DNA from: an uncultured Planctomycetota bacterium
Lineage (GTDB): Bacteria > Planctomycetota > Planctomycetia > Pirellulales > Lacipirellulaceae
NCBI GenBank assembly: GCA_963719315.1
Contig: CAVRBU010000002.1
Span: 992,001-1,056,000, forward strand
Length of the DNA: 64,000 bases
Direction of reading: 5' to 3'
Shown here piece after piece: positions 20,957 through 32,374 of the stretch. The notes beneath the pieces are model-generated. The model worked only from the letters and a program-made list of their open reading frames with translations. It did no database searches and was not told the origin of the DNA. Numbering within the stretch: the first letter of the stretch is position 1; each line of letters starts with the position of its first letter. Made by a program: the position numbers and the translations under genes.

Positions 20957-22711
20957 GTGAGGAATGAGGAAAGTAGTAAGCGGTTGATGCTATTCGATGG
21001 TTGGATACTAGCATTGGGAAAGCGGCGAGCGCTCGCCTGCGCTTTCGGCGCGAGCGTAGCCTTGGGCTTCGTGCCTGGGGCGTTCGCCGTGGACGATGTG
21101 GCCGGCAACATGATCCTCATCAACGACAATGGCGGTTGGTCGTGGTTCGAAGACGAACGGGCCATAATCGACTCGTCGGCAGGCGCCGCCGGCAAGCTGA
21201 TCGTCAGCTCGGTCGGCAATAGTGCCGGGTCCGGCGGCGCAGCCCGCAGTGGCGACGTTGATATTGCGGCGGTCGATCTGGCGACCTCCGCCGTCAGCCG
21301 CTTCACGCTAAAAGCTGGATTTCAAGCCGACGACCACGATTCGGCGGCCCTCTGGCGGCGGACCGATGGCCGATATCTGGCCCTCTACTCTAAACACGGC
21401 GGCGAACAGGTGACCCGTTATCGAATTTCAACCAATCCGGGCGATATTTCTAGCTGGGGCGCCGAACTCACGATCAACAATGGTGCCGGCACCACCTATT
21501 CCAACCTGCACTATCTTTCGGCCGAAAACGGCGGCAACGGCCGACTGTACAACATCTCCCGTACCGTGGACCTCGATCCGCACGTCGTCTATTCCGATGA
21601 CCTCGGCCAATCGTGGAACACCGCCGGCCGGCTGCTCAACTGGCCGACACCGGTCGGCGATCCGAAATTCACCGGCACCGATGGCAGCCGCCCCTACCTT
21701 AAATACGCCTCGAACGGCGTCGATGAAATCCATTTCATCACCTCGACCGATCACCCCCGGGCCTACGACAACAGCATTTACCACGGCGTGATCAAAAGCG
21801 GCAAGGTATACGATTCGTTCGGCAACGTGGTCGACAACAATCTCTTCGACGGTATCGCCCTGCCACCCACCGCCTACACAACCGTCTTCGATACCGATAC
21901 GTCGCCGCTGGGATTCGCCTGGACGACCGATCTCGCCCTCGATGCCCAAGGCAGGCCCTACGCGGCGATGACGGCGCGCGCCAACAACAACAACTCCAAC
22001 GATCATCGCTTCCTGTACGGCCGCTTCGATGGCACACAGTGGAACGTCCACGAGGTCGCCAAGGCCGGGAGCTACCTCTATGCCTCGGAGAACGATTACA
22101 CGGGGCTGATGGCGCTCGACCCCAGCAACCCCGATCGAATCTTCATTTCCACGCCGATCGACCCGCGAACACAGGTGTCGATGGCCCACTACGAAATCTT
22201 CGAGGGCGACACGACCGACGGCGGCGCGAATTGGACGTGGGAACCGATTACGTTCGATTCGACGGTGGATAACATCCGGCCGATCGTCCCTAAGTGGGAC
22301 GCCAGCCACACGGCGGTCCTCTGGATGCGGGGCCATTATTCCAGTTACACGTCGTACGACCTGGACATCGTGGGCCTGACCGAAATCGGCTCCCTGGTTT
22401 CGTATCCGCTCGGCGACATCGACCGGGACCACGACGTGGACGTCGACGACTATGCGATGCTCCTCAGCGGTCTCCACACCGACTTGACGGGCTTATCGTC
22501 CGATGAGGCACGCGAACGGGGCGATTTGAACGGCGACTACAAGAGCGATTTCCAGGACTTCGTGATTTTTCGCGGCGCGTACGACATGTTCCACGGCGCC
22601 GGATCGTTCGCGGCAATGAACGCTGCAGTTCCCGAACCAGCCACCTGGGCGCTATTCGCGTTGGCCGCAATAAACGGCGCCGTGCTGCGGGCCCGCGCGA
22701 CGCAGCAATGA
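20957..22711 (+). CDS. BNR-4-like beta-propeller, dockerin-like and PEP-CTERM protein
   Basis: GGWSWFED, DDHD, SDDLGQSW Asp-box, RPYLKY, WMRG.Y; VPEP tail. Confidence 0.85.
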   Translation: MRNEESSKRLMLFDGWILALGKRRALACAFGASVALGFVPGAFAVDDVAGNMILINDNGGWSWFEDERAIIDSSAGAAGKLIVSSVGNSAGSGGAARSGDVDIAAVDLATSAVSRFTLKAGFQADDHDSAALWRRTDGRYLALYSKHGGEQVTRYRISTNPGDISSWGAELTINNGAGTTYSNLHYLSAENGGNGRLYNISRTVDLDPHVVYSDDLGQSWNTAGRLLNWPTPVGDPKFTGTDGSRPYLKYASNGVDEIHFITSTDHPRAYDNSIYHGVIKSGKVYDSFGNVVDNNLFDGIALPPTAYTTVFDTDTSPLGFAWTTDLALDAQGRPYAAMTARANNNNSNDHRFLYGRFDGTQWNVHEVAKAGSYLYASENDYTGLMALDPSNPDRIFISTPIDPRTQVSMAHYEIFEGDTTDGGANWTWEPITFDSTVDNIRPIVPKWDASHTAVLWMRGHYSSYTSYDLDIVGLTEIGSLVSYPLGDIDRDHDVDVDDYAMLLSGLHTDLTGLSSDEARERGDLNGDYKSDFQDFVIFRGAYDMFHGAGSFAAMNAAVPEPATWALFALAAINGAVLRARATQQ

Positions 22712-22825
22712 AACAGAGAAGACGTTTGTAGCAAGTGTTTTGTGAATCGACCCAACATAGGACTAAGTTGAGATCGACCCTACGAATTTCAGAACGAAAA
22801 AACTGTTCCACCGGAGGTAGCGACA

Positions 22826-25538
22826 ATGTTACAGCGTACGAAAAACTCGTTTTTGTCTTTGCTGCTTACAGCAGCCTACACGGCCATCCTAGTGGCGGGC
22901 GCCGGGGGTCAACTCGCGCAGGCCGTCGGTTTGGTCTACGTCGAAGCGGACCCGTTTAGTGGAAACATCTCTCCCGTGGAAGCCATTGAATCGCCTCAAG
23001 TCAACGACTCCAACCTCTGGGGCGGGCGAACCGGCTTTGGCGCCAATTCAACCATCTTCGAATCCGGTATCTCCGAGGATTCGCCCGAACTTACGCAGAC
23101 CATAACCGGTCTGACGCCCGGCAACAGTTACAACGTCTACGGCGTCTACTGGACCGATCAAGATGAAAACTGGTCGCTCAGCGCCGGCCTGACTTCGGGC
23201 GCGACCACGCTGTATAGCTATACGGGCACGTCGGGCACGCTCCCCGTCGCCGGCTCGATCCAAGGCGTCGCCGCTTCGCTCGCGGAGTGGGATACGCCAC
23301 CGCCGCCGGGCCCCGGAGCAGCGGGCGATACGCTCTATCTTCAACGGGTCGCGAACCCCCTGATCATGCTCCTGGGAAAGGCCGGAACCGGCGTTGCTGA
23401 TGGTAGTGGCAATCTCAACGTCTTTCTCAATGACAACGCCAACGCCGGCGCGGGCCGGCGTACTTGGCTGGATGGCGTCGCCTATGTCGATGTCACCTCT
23501 GGGGCCGTCCCCATCGCGGCAACCGCCACGCTCAATCGCGCGACGGGCAACTTGACGCTCAATAATCCCACGTCACAAAGCTTTGATATCAAGGCCGTCC
23601 ACATTGAATCGGCTACCACCGGCGCACTCAATGCGGCGACTTGGACGTCAATCCACGATTCCAACGCGTCGTGGACGATCACGAACCCTGCCGACCCGCC
23701 GAATACTCCCTTCACAAACTTGCTGGAGGAGAACGGCGGCGGCACCACGGTCACACTGGCATCCGGAGGTGGTTCGCTGAGCTTCGGCAACGTCTGGAAC
23801 AAGTCGCCTTTCGATCACATCGTGATTTGGCTGACGATGGCGGATGACAGCATTGCCGCCCTTACGCCTCAATACACAGGCCCGACCTACGCTTTCGGCG
23901 ACTTCGATGCCAGTGGCGCAATCGATTTAATCCCGGATTACAATACGCTGCTGACCAATTTGCACACAAACATCTCGGGCCTGACTGCGCATTGAGGGCT
24001 ACCGAAAAGGAGACATCACCGGCGACGGCCTGGTCAATTTCAGCGACTTCGCCGCGTTTCGCGAGTCGTACAATGCCCAGTTCGGAGCAGGCGCATTCGA
24101 GCAAATGCTGGCCAGCGTACCTGAGCCGAGCGGCATCGTACTGATCCTCACAATGGGAGCAATCATGATCGGAATCGTCAGGCGCCGTACCGTCGCATTC
24201 GCATTTGTCCTCGTCGGCTGCTTGGTGATCGCCAACCCCTCGCGAGCGGTTCCATTCTTGTCTATCGACGTGGACGACCGCCAGGCAGACGCGACAGGCG
24301 CGCCCCCGGGCCCGAACACCGTGGCCGGCTTTAGCTCGTTCCAAATACCAGGAACTGGGACGAGTTCCGTCACCAGCGCAACCGGCACCGTCGATGGCTA
24401 TAACATCACATTGACGGCGATCGCATCCACTGGACTGCCAGGCGGTACGGTCGATGACCGAGACCGGACCACGCCCACGACGGCCCCCACTCTGAATCAA
24501 CTATACGACGACTTCATCTTCGCCACGTCTTCCACGCTCGGCTCTGGAATGGACTTGGCAATCACCAGTACGGGCTCGGCGGGGACGCCCCTCTTGCCGA
24601 ATACGCAATACCAGGTCTCGATTTACGCGTTCGATACAGGTTCGACCCCGGCGCCGCAGCCCCGCACATCCGACTGGCTGGATGGCAATTATTTCAATGC
24701 CCCCATGTTCACCTCTTCGTTTAGCGGTGGAAATAGTCCGACCACGGATGATCAATACAAGTACACCGCGATCGCGAACACCGACGGCACCGGAAAACTC
24801 CTCTTGAAAGGCCGCAGCACCGTGGCGGCCGCTGCCGTCTTTCTAAACGGATTCGAAGTTGGGATTCCCGTTGAATTGACGCTCGAGGTCAACACGACCA
24901 CGGGCGCAACGCGAATGCTGAACGAGCAGAGCAATAGCTTCGATCTCAGCTATTACGAAATCCGGAGTGCAAACGGCTCGCTTAAACCCGGTGCTGGCGG
25001 CTGGATGTCTTTCGATGACGCGGAAATGGGCACCGACCCAGTGGGTTCTGGCTGGGACAAAGTTCCGGCGAGTAGCGCGAATATCTTGAGTGAAACGAAT
25101 TTGACATCCATGCTCACTCTTGCGCAGAACGGTTCTGCCCCGCTAGGCAACGCGTTTCAAGTCGGATTCCCGCAGGACGTGCGTTTCTACTACGCTAGTC
25201 CAACTGACACCAAGTTGCGACAGGGGATCATTAAATACATCACCGGCACGGTCGGCGTCCCAGGCGACTATAACAACAACGGCTTCGTGGACGCCGCTGA
25301 CTACGTCGTGTGGCGCAAAAACAATGGCACCAACACGCAACTACCGAACGAGGTTGCGGGCACGACGCCCGGCCAGGTGACCGTCGAAGACTACACCGCC
25401 TGGCGGCAGCGGTTCGGCAACACGTCCGGCAGCGGCTCCTCACTGGGTGAGAACGCCGCCGTACCCGAACCGGCGAGCGTCGGTTTGTTCGTATTGGCCT
25501 TCGTGATAGTCGCCATCGGACGGCGGCGCGCAAACTGA
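22826..25538 (+). CDS. Bipartite PEP-CTERM protein (internal and terminal VPEP), one +1 frameshift near 23990
   Basis: Removing one base gives ...GLTAIEGYRKGDITGDG...MLASVPEPSG-TM-RRR-TM-SRA/VPFL...VPEPAS-TM-RRRAN (~903 aa). Confidence 0.8.
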
Positions 25539-25571
25539 CACAGCCGATGTTTCAGTTGTACATTGGCAATT

Positions 25572-25613
25572 GCCGCCGCGCGACTGGCCGTGGGGTCGCG
25601 CGGCGGCTTTTTT
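25572..25613 (+). terminator. Rho-independent terminator
   Basis: 13-bp stem GCCGCCGCGCGAC/GTCGCGCGGCGGC followed by T6. Confidence 0.85.
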
Positions 25614-25697
25614 AATTCTCGCCGGATTCGCACGCTGCACCTCCACAATCGTAGTTATCGTAGCGCGGCGTGGACAGGCTGCAATCGACGGCCGATA

Positions 25698-26459
25698 ATG
25701 GCCCTCATGCACGCACGCCTTGCAAACCAACTCGTTTCACTCGCGCTCATTGCCTGGATCGCCACCGCGCATTGCGTGCTGGCAGAAGACAACGCGATCC
25801 CGCCCCCGGCCAAGGAATACAAAGGCCGCGAGATCGCCCAGACAATGCACTTTCTCGGCGCGCCCTGGCTCACGCGCGAGTCGCGCGAGCGGGAAGAGGA
25901 CTGTAAAACGATGCTCGCCGCGCTCAAGCTCAAGTCGGGCGACGTCGTTTGCGATCTGGGCTGCGGAAACGGGTTTTACACGCTGAAGCTCGCCAACCTC
26001 GTCGGCGATAAAGGCCGCGTCTACGCGGTTGATATTCAGCGCGAGATGCTGGAACTGCTCAAGGACCGGGCCGCCGAGGAGAAGATTACCAACATCGAGC
26101 CGGTGCTGGGCACGCTGGTCGATCCGAAGCTTCCCGCGAATTCAATGGACTTCGTGCTGCTGGTCGACGTGTACCACGAGTTTTCGCACCCCGAGCAAAT
26201 GCTGGCGGCGATTCACAAGAGCCTGAAGCCCGCCGGCCGCGTGGCCTTGGTCGAGTTTCGGGCCGAAGATCCGGCCGTCCCGATCAAGCCGCTCCACAAG
26301 ATGAGCAAAGCCCAAATTATGAAGGAGTTCCCGCCCAACGGCTTCAAGCTCGTGGAGGAGTTCGACAAGCTGCCCTGGCAACACTTAATGTTCTTTCAGC
26401 GGGAAACGGATGCGAACAAGGAGCAGAACGCATCCGAAATTCATGCGCCGGGGCGATGA
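25698..26459 (+). CDS. Class I SAM-dependent methyltransferase with signal peptide
   Basis: VCDLGCGNGFY, VYAVDIQ, VDVYHEF. Confidence 0.9.
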   Translation: MALMHARLANQLVSLALIAWIATAHCVLAEDNAIPPPAKEYKGREIAQTMHFLGAPWLTRESREREEDCKTMLAALKLKSGDVVCDLGCGNGFYTLKLANLVGDKGRVYAVDIQREMLELLKDRAAEEKITNIEPVLGTLVDPKLPANSMDFVLLVDVYHEFSHPEQMLAAIHKSLKPAGRVALVEFRAEDPAVPIKPLHKMSKAQIMKEFPPNGFKLVEEFDKLPWQHLMFFQRETDANKEQNASEIHAPGR

Positions 26460-26490
26460 TGCCCCGTTGCACGACGTCCCTTCGATGGAA

Positions 26491-26555
26491 GCCCGCAGCG
26501 CAAGCAAGGGACTCTTGTTGTGGTAGTGCACGGTTCGCCTGCTTGCGCTGCGAGC
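26491..26555. repeat. REP-like inverted repeat between convergent genes
   Basis: GCCCGCAGCGCAAGCA / TGCTTGCGCTGCGAGC (15/16). Confidence 0.6.
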
Positions 26556-26578
26556 GCCGATCCGAAGTATCTCCCCGC

Positions 26579-27502
26579 TTATTGCAGCCCAAGAATCTTC
26601 CGCGGGTTGTCGCCCAGCAATTGCTGGATTTGCCGCTCGTTCAATCCCAGCGCGGTGCGCAGATTCTCTTCCGAGCGCTGCATCGTGCCGGCCGATCCGA
26701 CCAGGTGCGTGCGATCGGCCGACCAGGTCGCCAGATTTTCGTCGATCACTACCTTTCGGGCGCCCAGCGAATATTCGCCGGGCCCAAGCCCGGCCCCACA
26801 AATCGCATCGGTCACCACAAACGCGCGCTCGATTCCGCAGCACTTGAGGTAGTTCGCCAGGGCGACGAACGGCACGTGCACGCCGTCGGCAATGAACCCG
26901 ATGTGCAGCCGGCCCGCAAGATTTAGGACGCGCTGGATGATATTGTCGTGTCGCGGCAACAGCCCCGGGCAACCGTTGCCGAGGTGCGTGAACAGCGATA
27001 GCCCGACGTCGATACTGGCTCGCAGTTGAGCGAGCGACGGATTGCAGTGACCGGCGGCGATGCGGATCCCCTGCCCCACCAGAAATTTCGTCACGCGGTT
27101 TTCTGGATCGCGCTCGGGGGCCAGCGTCACGATTCGCGTCAGACCGCCGGCAGCTTCGAGTAATCGCTGCATAAAGTCGAGGTCCGCCGGCCGGGCACAA
27201 TTCCTGGGATGCGCGCCAATGTATCCAGCTTCCTCATTGAAAAACGGGCCTTCGATGTGAATGCCCCAAATCATGTCGGCGATCGCCGCATTCGATTCGC
27301 GCACGCGGCAGATGTTCGCCAGGCGGCGGCACATGGATTCGAGATCGGCCGTGATCACCGTCGCCAGGATACCGCCCACGCCTTCGCTTTTCAGCCGACC
27401 GCACACAGCGGCGACGCGTTCGGCCGGCAACTGGTCGGCGTTGAAATCGACATCTGCGTATCCGTTCACTTGCAGGTCGACAAAGCCACTGGGAGCATGC
27501 AT
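26579..27502 (-). CDS. nagA: N-acetylglucosamine-6-phosphate deacetylase
   Basis: GFVDLQVNG, GIHIEGPF, GAHP, VTLAPE, THLGNG, IADGVHV, VTDA. Confidence 0.92.
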   Translation of the reverse strand: MHAPSGFVDLQVNGYADVDFNADQLPAERVAAVCGRLKSEGVGGILATVITADLESMCRRLANICRVRESNAAIADMIWGIHIEGPFFNEEAGYIGAHPRNCARPADLDFMQRLLEAAGGLTRIVTLAPERDPENRVTKFLVGQGIRIAAGHCNPSLAQLRASIDVGLSLFTHLGNGCPGLLPRHDNIIQRVLNLAGRLHIGFIADGVHVPFVALANYLKCCGIERAFVVTDAICGAGLGPGEYSLGARKVVIDENLATWSADRTHLVGSAGTMQRSEENLRTALGLNERQIQQLLGDNPRKILGLQ

Positions 27503-27539
27503 ACTTTAGCAATTCAGCGTAATTGTGGGGCAGCGGGCG

Positions 27540-27719
27540 ATGGACGTTAAGATTATGCCGGACAAAGCGGCGATGGGAAAGGCGGCGGCCGCGGCCGGCG
27601 CGGAACTCATTCGCCGCGCACTTGCCGACCGAGGCGCCGCCAACATCATTGTCGCCACGGGTGCGTCGCAATTCGAGATGCTCTCGGCGCTCGTCCAAGA
27701 GCCCAATCTCAATTGGAAC
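27540..27719 (+). pseudogene. nagB: Glucosamine-6-phosphate deaminase, N-terminal 60 codons (IS66-interrupted)
   Basis: MDVKIMPDK...IIVATGASQ...LNWN; joins in frame to 32375. Confidence 0.92.
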
Positions 27720-27838
27720 GTATCCGTCTCAGGAACCACACCCTACCAGCCGGTTCAAATACGGTTGTTTTTGGAGAGTGGCGGCCGTTAATGAGTTTTT
27801 GAGACTGCTCACTCCGTGCGGCGCGGATTCATATTCAC

Positions 27839-27871
27839 AAAAAAGGCGGGCGCCGTTTGCTGGGCCCGCCT
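27839..27871 (-). terminator. Putative terminator of the sulfatase gene
   Basis: AGGCGGGC...GCCCGCCT followed by T-tract on minus strand; second hairpin at ~27886-27914. Confidence 0.65.
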
Positions 27872-27940
27872 GAATAGGAGCAATCGCGGGCCGCTTCGCG
27901 ATGAAGCGGCCCGCTCAGTTCACCATATCCCATCAACCGG

Positions 27941-29614
27941 CTAGTCGCCTGAGCCAATGACCCGACCGAACGACTCCGGATCACTAAACGCCGGCAGCGG
28001 GTTTTCTGGATTTGACAGGTTCGGGTTCACGTCGCTCGATGCTCCGCCGGGGAATCGCTTGATGTTCGGAAACTTCATGATGGACTTGTCAAAATCAATC
28101 AACACCGGTTGAAGCAGCGACAACGCCCAGCCATTATCATAGCCGGCATATTTGCCCGGCGAGGTTGATGGCATACGCATGGACACCGCACCGTTAAATG
28201 TCATGTCGTATTTCTCGAACGGATCCATCGTGAGGTTGTAAACCGAGCCGATGCCGCTGAGATCCTGTGTAGAACCAAGCCAGGTGTCCTTGGCGGTGAC
28301 AAGGTATTTCCAGGCGATTTTAATCTCGGGATTCGCAGGATCGCCGCCGATATCGGCGCGCATGCCGCCGAACGTTTCACCGTCCACATAGATCCACCCG
28401 TTTCGGGCGGAATGCCGATCTTTACCCATGATATAGGCGCTGTTGTCGATGCTGTCGAAATAGATCGGCTTGCCATCGTTGTCCATCATTTCGCCCACAG
28501 GCGGGGCCTTGATGCCGACCATCGTTGCCAACGTTGACCAGCAGTCAATGTGTGACATCATCTCGCCATAGCGTGCGCCCGCCGGAATCTTGCCGGGTGC
28601 CCACATGATTCCGGGCACACGGAAACCGCCCTCAAATGGCGTGCCTTTTTCGCCACGGAACGGCGACGTGCCGGCGTCAGGCCATGCATCCTGCCACGCG
28701 CCATTGTCGGCGGTGATGATGACGATGGTATTCGGAGCCGCCGCCCGGATGGCATCCATGACCTTGCCGATGTTGTAATCAAGTTCCAGTATTGCATCCG
28801 AGTAGTTTCCAAGGTGCGACTTACCCTCGAACTGCTTTGCCGGGATGTTCGGGTTGTGCATCTTCATGAAGTTGACGTCCATGAAGAACGGCTTGGCGTC
28901 CTTAGCGTGCTTCTTGATATACTCGACGGCCGAATCCGCCTGGCGGATGTCGAATTCATGCAGATAATCGTAGTCAATGCGGGCGACCTTCTTCGCCGGC
29001 TGGCCGGCCACGCCTTCCCATTCGTATAAGTTGCAGACTTCCTGATACATCTTCCAATACGCGGCGTTGAATTTCGGGAACCACGGATGGGCGAACCACG
29101 ACGTGTCATCATAGGTATAAACGCCCGGATAATAAGCGGCGAATTCCTTCATCTCGTCGAAGCCATGTTCAATCGGATAGAGCTCGGGCGTATCGCCGAG
29201 ATGCCATTTGCCGGAAAAGTAGGTGGTGTAGCCGTTCTTCTTGAAGAACTCGGCGATGGTCGGAGTGGACTTCGTCAGGCCGTTGCGGTCACCCGGCGCC
29301 ACTACGACTGAGAGAGCCGAGCGGATCGGATAACGACCGGTCATGAAGGACGAGCGGCCCGCGGTGCAGCTCGCCTGGCCATACCAGCTGGTGAAGACGG
29401 CGCCTTCCTTGGCGATTTGATCAATGTTTGGGGTCGGATGGCCGAGGTTCGCGCCGCCACCATAGCAGCCGAAGTCGTTCCAGCCGGTGTCGTCGGTCAT
29501 GAGTATGACGATGTTGGGTCTTTTGTCCGCTGCCTGAGTCGGGACGACAGCGCAAATAAGCGCCGCCAAAGCGGTCAGCAGCGACAAGCCGCCGGTGATT
29601 AGTTGTCGTTTCAT
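27941..29614 (-). CDS. Secreted arylsulfatase (formylglycine-dependent)
   Basis: RPNIVILMTDD, SCTAGRSSFMTGR, GKWHLG, DNG, KGTPFEGGFRVP. Confidence 0.95.
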   Translation of the reverse strand: MKRQLITGGLSLLTALAALICAVVPTQAADKRPNIVILMTDDTGWNDFGCYGGGANLGHPTPNIDQIAKEGAVFTSWYGQASCTAGRSSFMTGRYPIRSALSVVVAPGDRNGLTKSTPTIAEFFKKNGYTTYFSGKWHLGDTPELYPIEHGFDEMKEFAAYYPGVYTYDDTSWFAHPWFPKFNAAYWKMYQEVCNLYEWEGVAGQPAKKVARIDYDYLHEFDIRQADSAVEYIKKHAKDAKPFFMDVNFMKMHNPNIPAKQFEGKSHLGNYSDAILELDYNIGKVMDAIRAAAPNTIVIITADNGAWQDAWPDAGTSPFRGEKGTPFEGGFRVPGIMWAPGKIPAGARYGEMMSHIDCWSTLATMVGIKAPPVGEMMDNDGKPIYFDSIDNSAYIMGKDRHSARNGWIYVDGETFGGMRADIGGDPANPEIKIAWKYLVTAKDTWLGSTQDLSGIGSVYNLTMDPFEKYDMTFNGAVSMRMPSTSPGKYAGYDNGWALSLLQPVLIDFDKSIMKFPNIKRFPGGASSDVNPNLSNPENPLPAFSDPESFGRVIGSGD

Positions 29615-29905
29615 AGGTTTTGTTGCCTCGGAAATATCCCCCGTAAGTTGAGCCGGGCACGTTCCAGGCTTCGAAGAGCACCTAGTCTACTCTACTATCT
29701 TCCCCGCGACGAGCGTTTTTACTTTATTAATGGTCTCCCCAGCGGTCCCCGCTGTGAGGCCCCCGCAGGAAGCTTGGCCTCCCGAGTGACCCGAGAGATG
29801 GTTCGTTTCTCGACATTCGTCGGGAAAAGTCGTTAGGTGATGAATCCTCGGGCGGCGACATTTAAACTCATGTCATCTATCAAAGCGCCGAGTACTCATC
29901 GAAAA

Positions 29906-31529
29906 TTAGCTTTTCGGTGTCGCACCATCCGGTCGCCCAGCTACCGCGACCAGCACCGGCGAGATTCCGGGTGGCGCCGCCAACCAAGCGTCCGGCAGTA
30001 GCGCCGCGACCGCGGGCGGCGAATGTCGCGATAACTGGACCAGCAGATCGCGCACGTACGCAAACGGCTCGACCTGATTCGCCTTGGCGCTGGCCATCAT
30101 GCTGTAGAGGATGGCGGCCGCCTTGCCGCCGTTGTCGCTGCCCATGAACAAATAATTCTTGCGGCCGATCGCCACGGGACGGACACTTCGCTCACTCAGG
30201 TTATTGTCGATCGACAGCGCGCCGTTCTCGCAGTAGCGGACCAGTCCGTCCCAACGCGGCAGCACGTACTGCAATGCTTGGCCGATGGGACTCTTGGGCA
30301 GCACGCTCTGCTCGGTGGCCTGGAGCCACTGGCGAAACTCGCCGAGCAAGGGCAAGGAATGTTGTTGTCGCAGCTCCAAGCGCTGCTGATGCCAGACCAA
30401 CCACGCTTGCTCACTTTCGAGTCCGTCGGGGCCGATCAACTCCTTAGCGTCGCGTTCGACGCGATACAACCGCGCAATGTAAGCGAGTGCAATGTGGGCG
30501 ACCTCGGGCTGCACGGTGCGGGCATCATAGAACTTCCGCCGCGCATGCGCCCAACAGAGCACCTGCTTAACGCTGCCCGCGGCGTAGATACCGTCGTAAC
30601 CGGCGAACGCATCGGCATGGAGATATCCCTCAAAGCGTCTTCAAGAATTCCACAGGTCCGTCGCGCTTTCGGCTCGTCGTGTAGTCGTAAACCGTGAAGG
30701 GATTTCGCCAGTCGCCGCAGTAGACCCAGAATCGCGCCGTGCGGGTTTTCGGCAAACTGGCATCGAGCACGGGGACCGGCGTATCGTCGGTGTGGATCGA
30801 CTCCGATGAGCGAACCCGCTCGACCATCACCTGATAGACCGGTTCCAGTATGGCCGCGGCCTGCATCGCCCACCGGCACAGCGTACTTCGTGATAGCTCG
30901 ACTCCGCTGCGGGCGAACACGTCTTCCAGCCGGTACAGCGGGAGATGATCGGCGTACTTGCTGACCACCACGCTGCTTAACAGGCCGGGCCCTGGCAGGC
31001 CTTTGGCGATCGGCTTATCGGGGACCGGAGCGATGATGACCTGTTCTTCGCAGCGACGGCAAGCGTACTTCCAGCGTCGATGCTCGATGACTTTCAGAAC
31101 GGCCGGCACGAATTCCAATTGCTCGCTCGTCTCGCAGCCGATTCGCTGTCGCGTCTCACCGCAGCATGGACATGACTTTTCAACTTCGGCAAGATCGTGG
31201 TCCACAACTTCGCGAGGCAGGTGATCGGGCAGCCGTCCGCGGCCGCCGCCTCGACGAAGGTGTTCACGCACAAGTAGCGGATCGGGGTCTTCGGCTGTCG
31301 CGATTGGGACTGGTGCCGAATCGTCAGAGTCGCCTGCGTCAAACATCGACAGTTGGTTGGGATCAACTCGTTCACTACGAGGACCATATCGGCTGCGAAG
31401 CAACTGTTCGACGAAATGCTTTGCCTGCGCTAACTCGCGTTGCAGTTGATCGATCGTCGACTGCTGCTCATCAATGATCTGATGGCAGAGCGACAAATCG
31501 TTGGGGCGAGGCACGGCATCCGAGCTCAT
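29906..31529 (-). pseudogene. tnpC: IS66 transposase TnpC, frameshifted near 30636
   Basis: CPCCG zinc finger, KYADHLPLYR, HTDDTP, CWAHARRKF, IDNNLSERSVR, GRKNYLF. Confidence 0.93.
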
Positions 31530-31584
31530 GCATCATTAGACGAGGGCAGAGACGAGTTGGTTCGTTCTTATGTGAACAAAAACC

Positions 31585-31944
31585 TTACGCCGTTCTTCGA
31601 TACCGCTTTCGTCGTCGCACGCTCGCGAGATCAATGCCACCGAGCAGCAGACCTAAGTCGGCAGCACTGAGCACAACGTGGTTCGCTTCATTGTCGATCC
31701 GTGGCAATTCAAATGTGCCAACTTCGAGACGTTTATACCAGATGGCCAGCCCATCTTCGTCCCACCATAAGAGCTTCACCCGATCGCGACGGCGATTGAC
31801 AAAGACGAATAAGCCGCCTTGCAGCACATCGCGGGCAGCTTGCTCTGCCGCAACGCGCATCAAACCGTCAAAACCCTTTCGCATGTCAGTCGGACCAACG
31901 CAAAGGTAGACAGCAGTCGGTCGGGGTGCCAAGGCAAGCATCAT
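31585..31944 (-). CDS. tnpB: IS66 accessory protein TnpB
   Basis: TDMRKGFDGL, FVFVNRRRDRVKLLWWD..G...WYKRLE. Confidence 0.95.
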   Translation of the reverse strand: MMLALAPRPTAVYLCVGPTDMRKGFDGLMRVAAEQAARDVLQGGLFVFVNRRRDRVKLLWWDEDGLAIWYKRLEVGTFELPRIDNEANHVVLSAADLGLLLGGIDLASVRRRKRYRRTA

Positions 31945-32289
31945 CCGACTTTCAAAGCGTTGAGCACCGTACGGAGCAAAGCCTCGTCCACGCCCGATTC
32001 GATGTGAAGCGTAGCGCCGTTCACTTCCAGCGTCAGTGCCGACGTCGGCATCGCGGCGACAGAGATCGGGACAAGTCGAGGCGCGGATGACTGGGATTTC
32101 TTTCTGCCAGTATGCCGACGACTTGTCTTTAGGCCCAGCTCGCGCTTCCAGAGATGAAACGCCGACTCCGTAAGTCCGCGTTCGCGACAAAATCCGGAAA
32201 TCGTCTGGCCGCCTTGGGCCCAGTCATTGATCTGACGCCGCCAGAATGCCTCTCGTTCGCGCCTTCGGAAGTCGCACTCGTTTCGCCAT
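31941..32289 (-). pseudogene. tnpA: IS66 accessory HTH protein TnpA (+1 frameshift)
   Basis: One extra base versus the copy at 12113; FCRERGL..SAFHLWKREL; stop overlaps tnpB start. Confidence 0.85.
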
Positions 32290-32374
32290 TGCTCGTACTC
32301 CAGAGGTTTCGCAGGGAAATCCTCAGGCTAGCATAGGCGTCAAGGTGTGGATGGTGGCACGGATACATTGGAAC

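Larger units (their letters stand above)
27720..32366 (-). mobile_element. IS66-family element with passenger arylsulfatase
   Basis: IRs GTATCCGT...CCACACC (18/23); 8-bp TSD ATTGGAAC at 27712-27719 and 32367-32374. Confidence 0.95.

Noticed and set aside
23985..24000. Stop-codon recoding or programmed frameshifting at premature TGAs (also 40706, 30630)
   Set aside because: Continuation needs a frame change, no slippery sites are evident, and similar indels occur throughout
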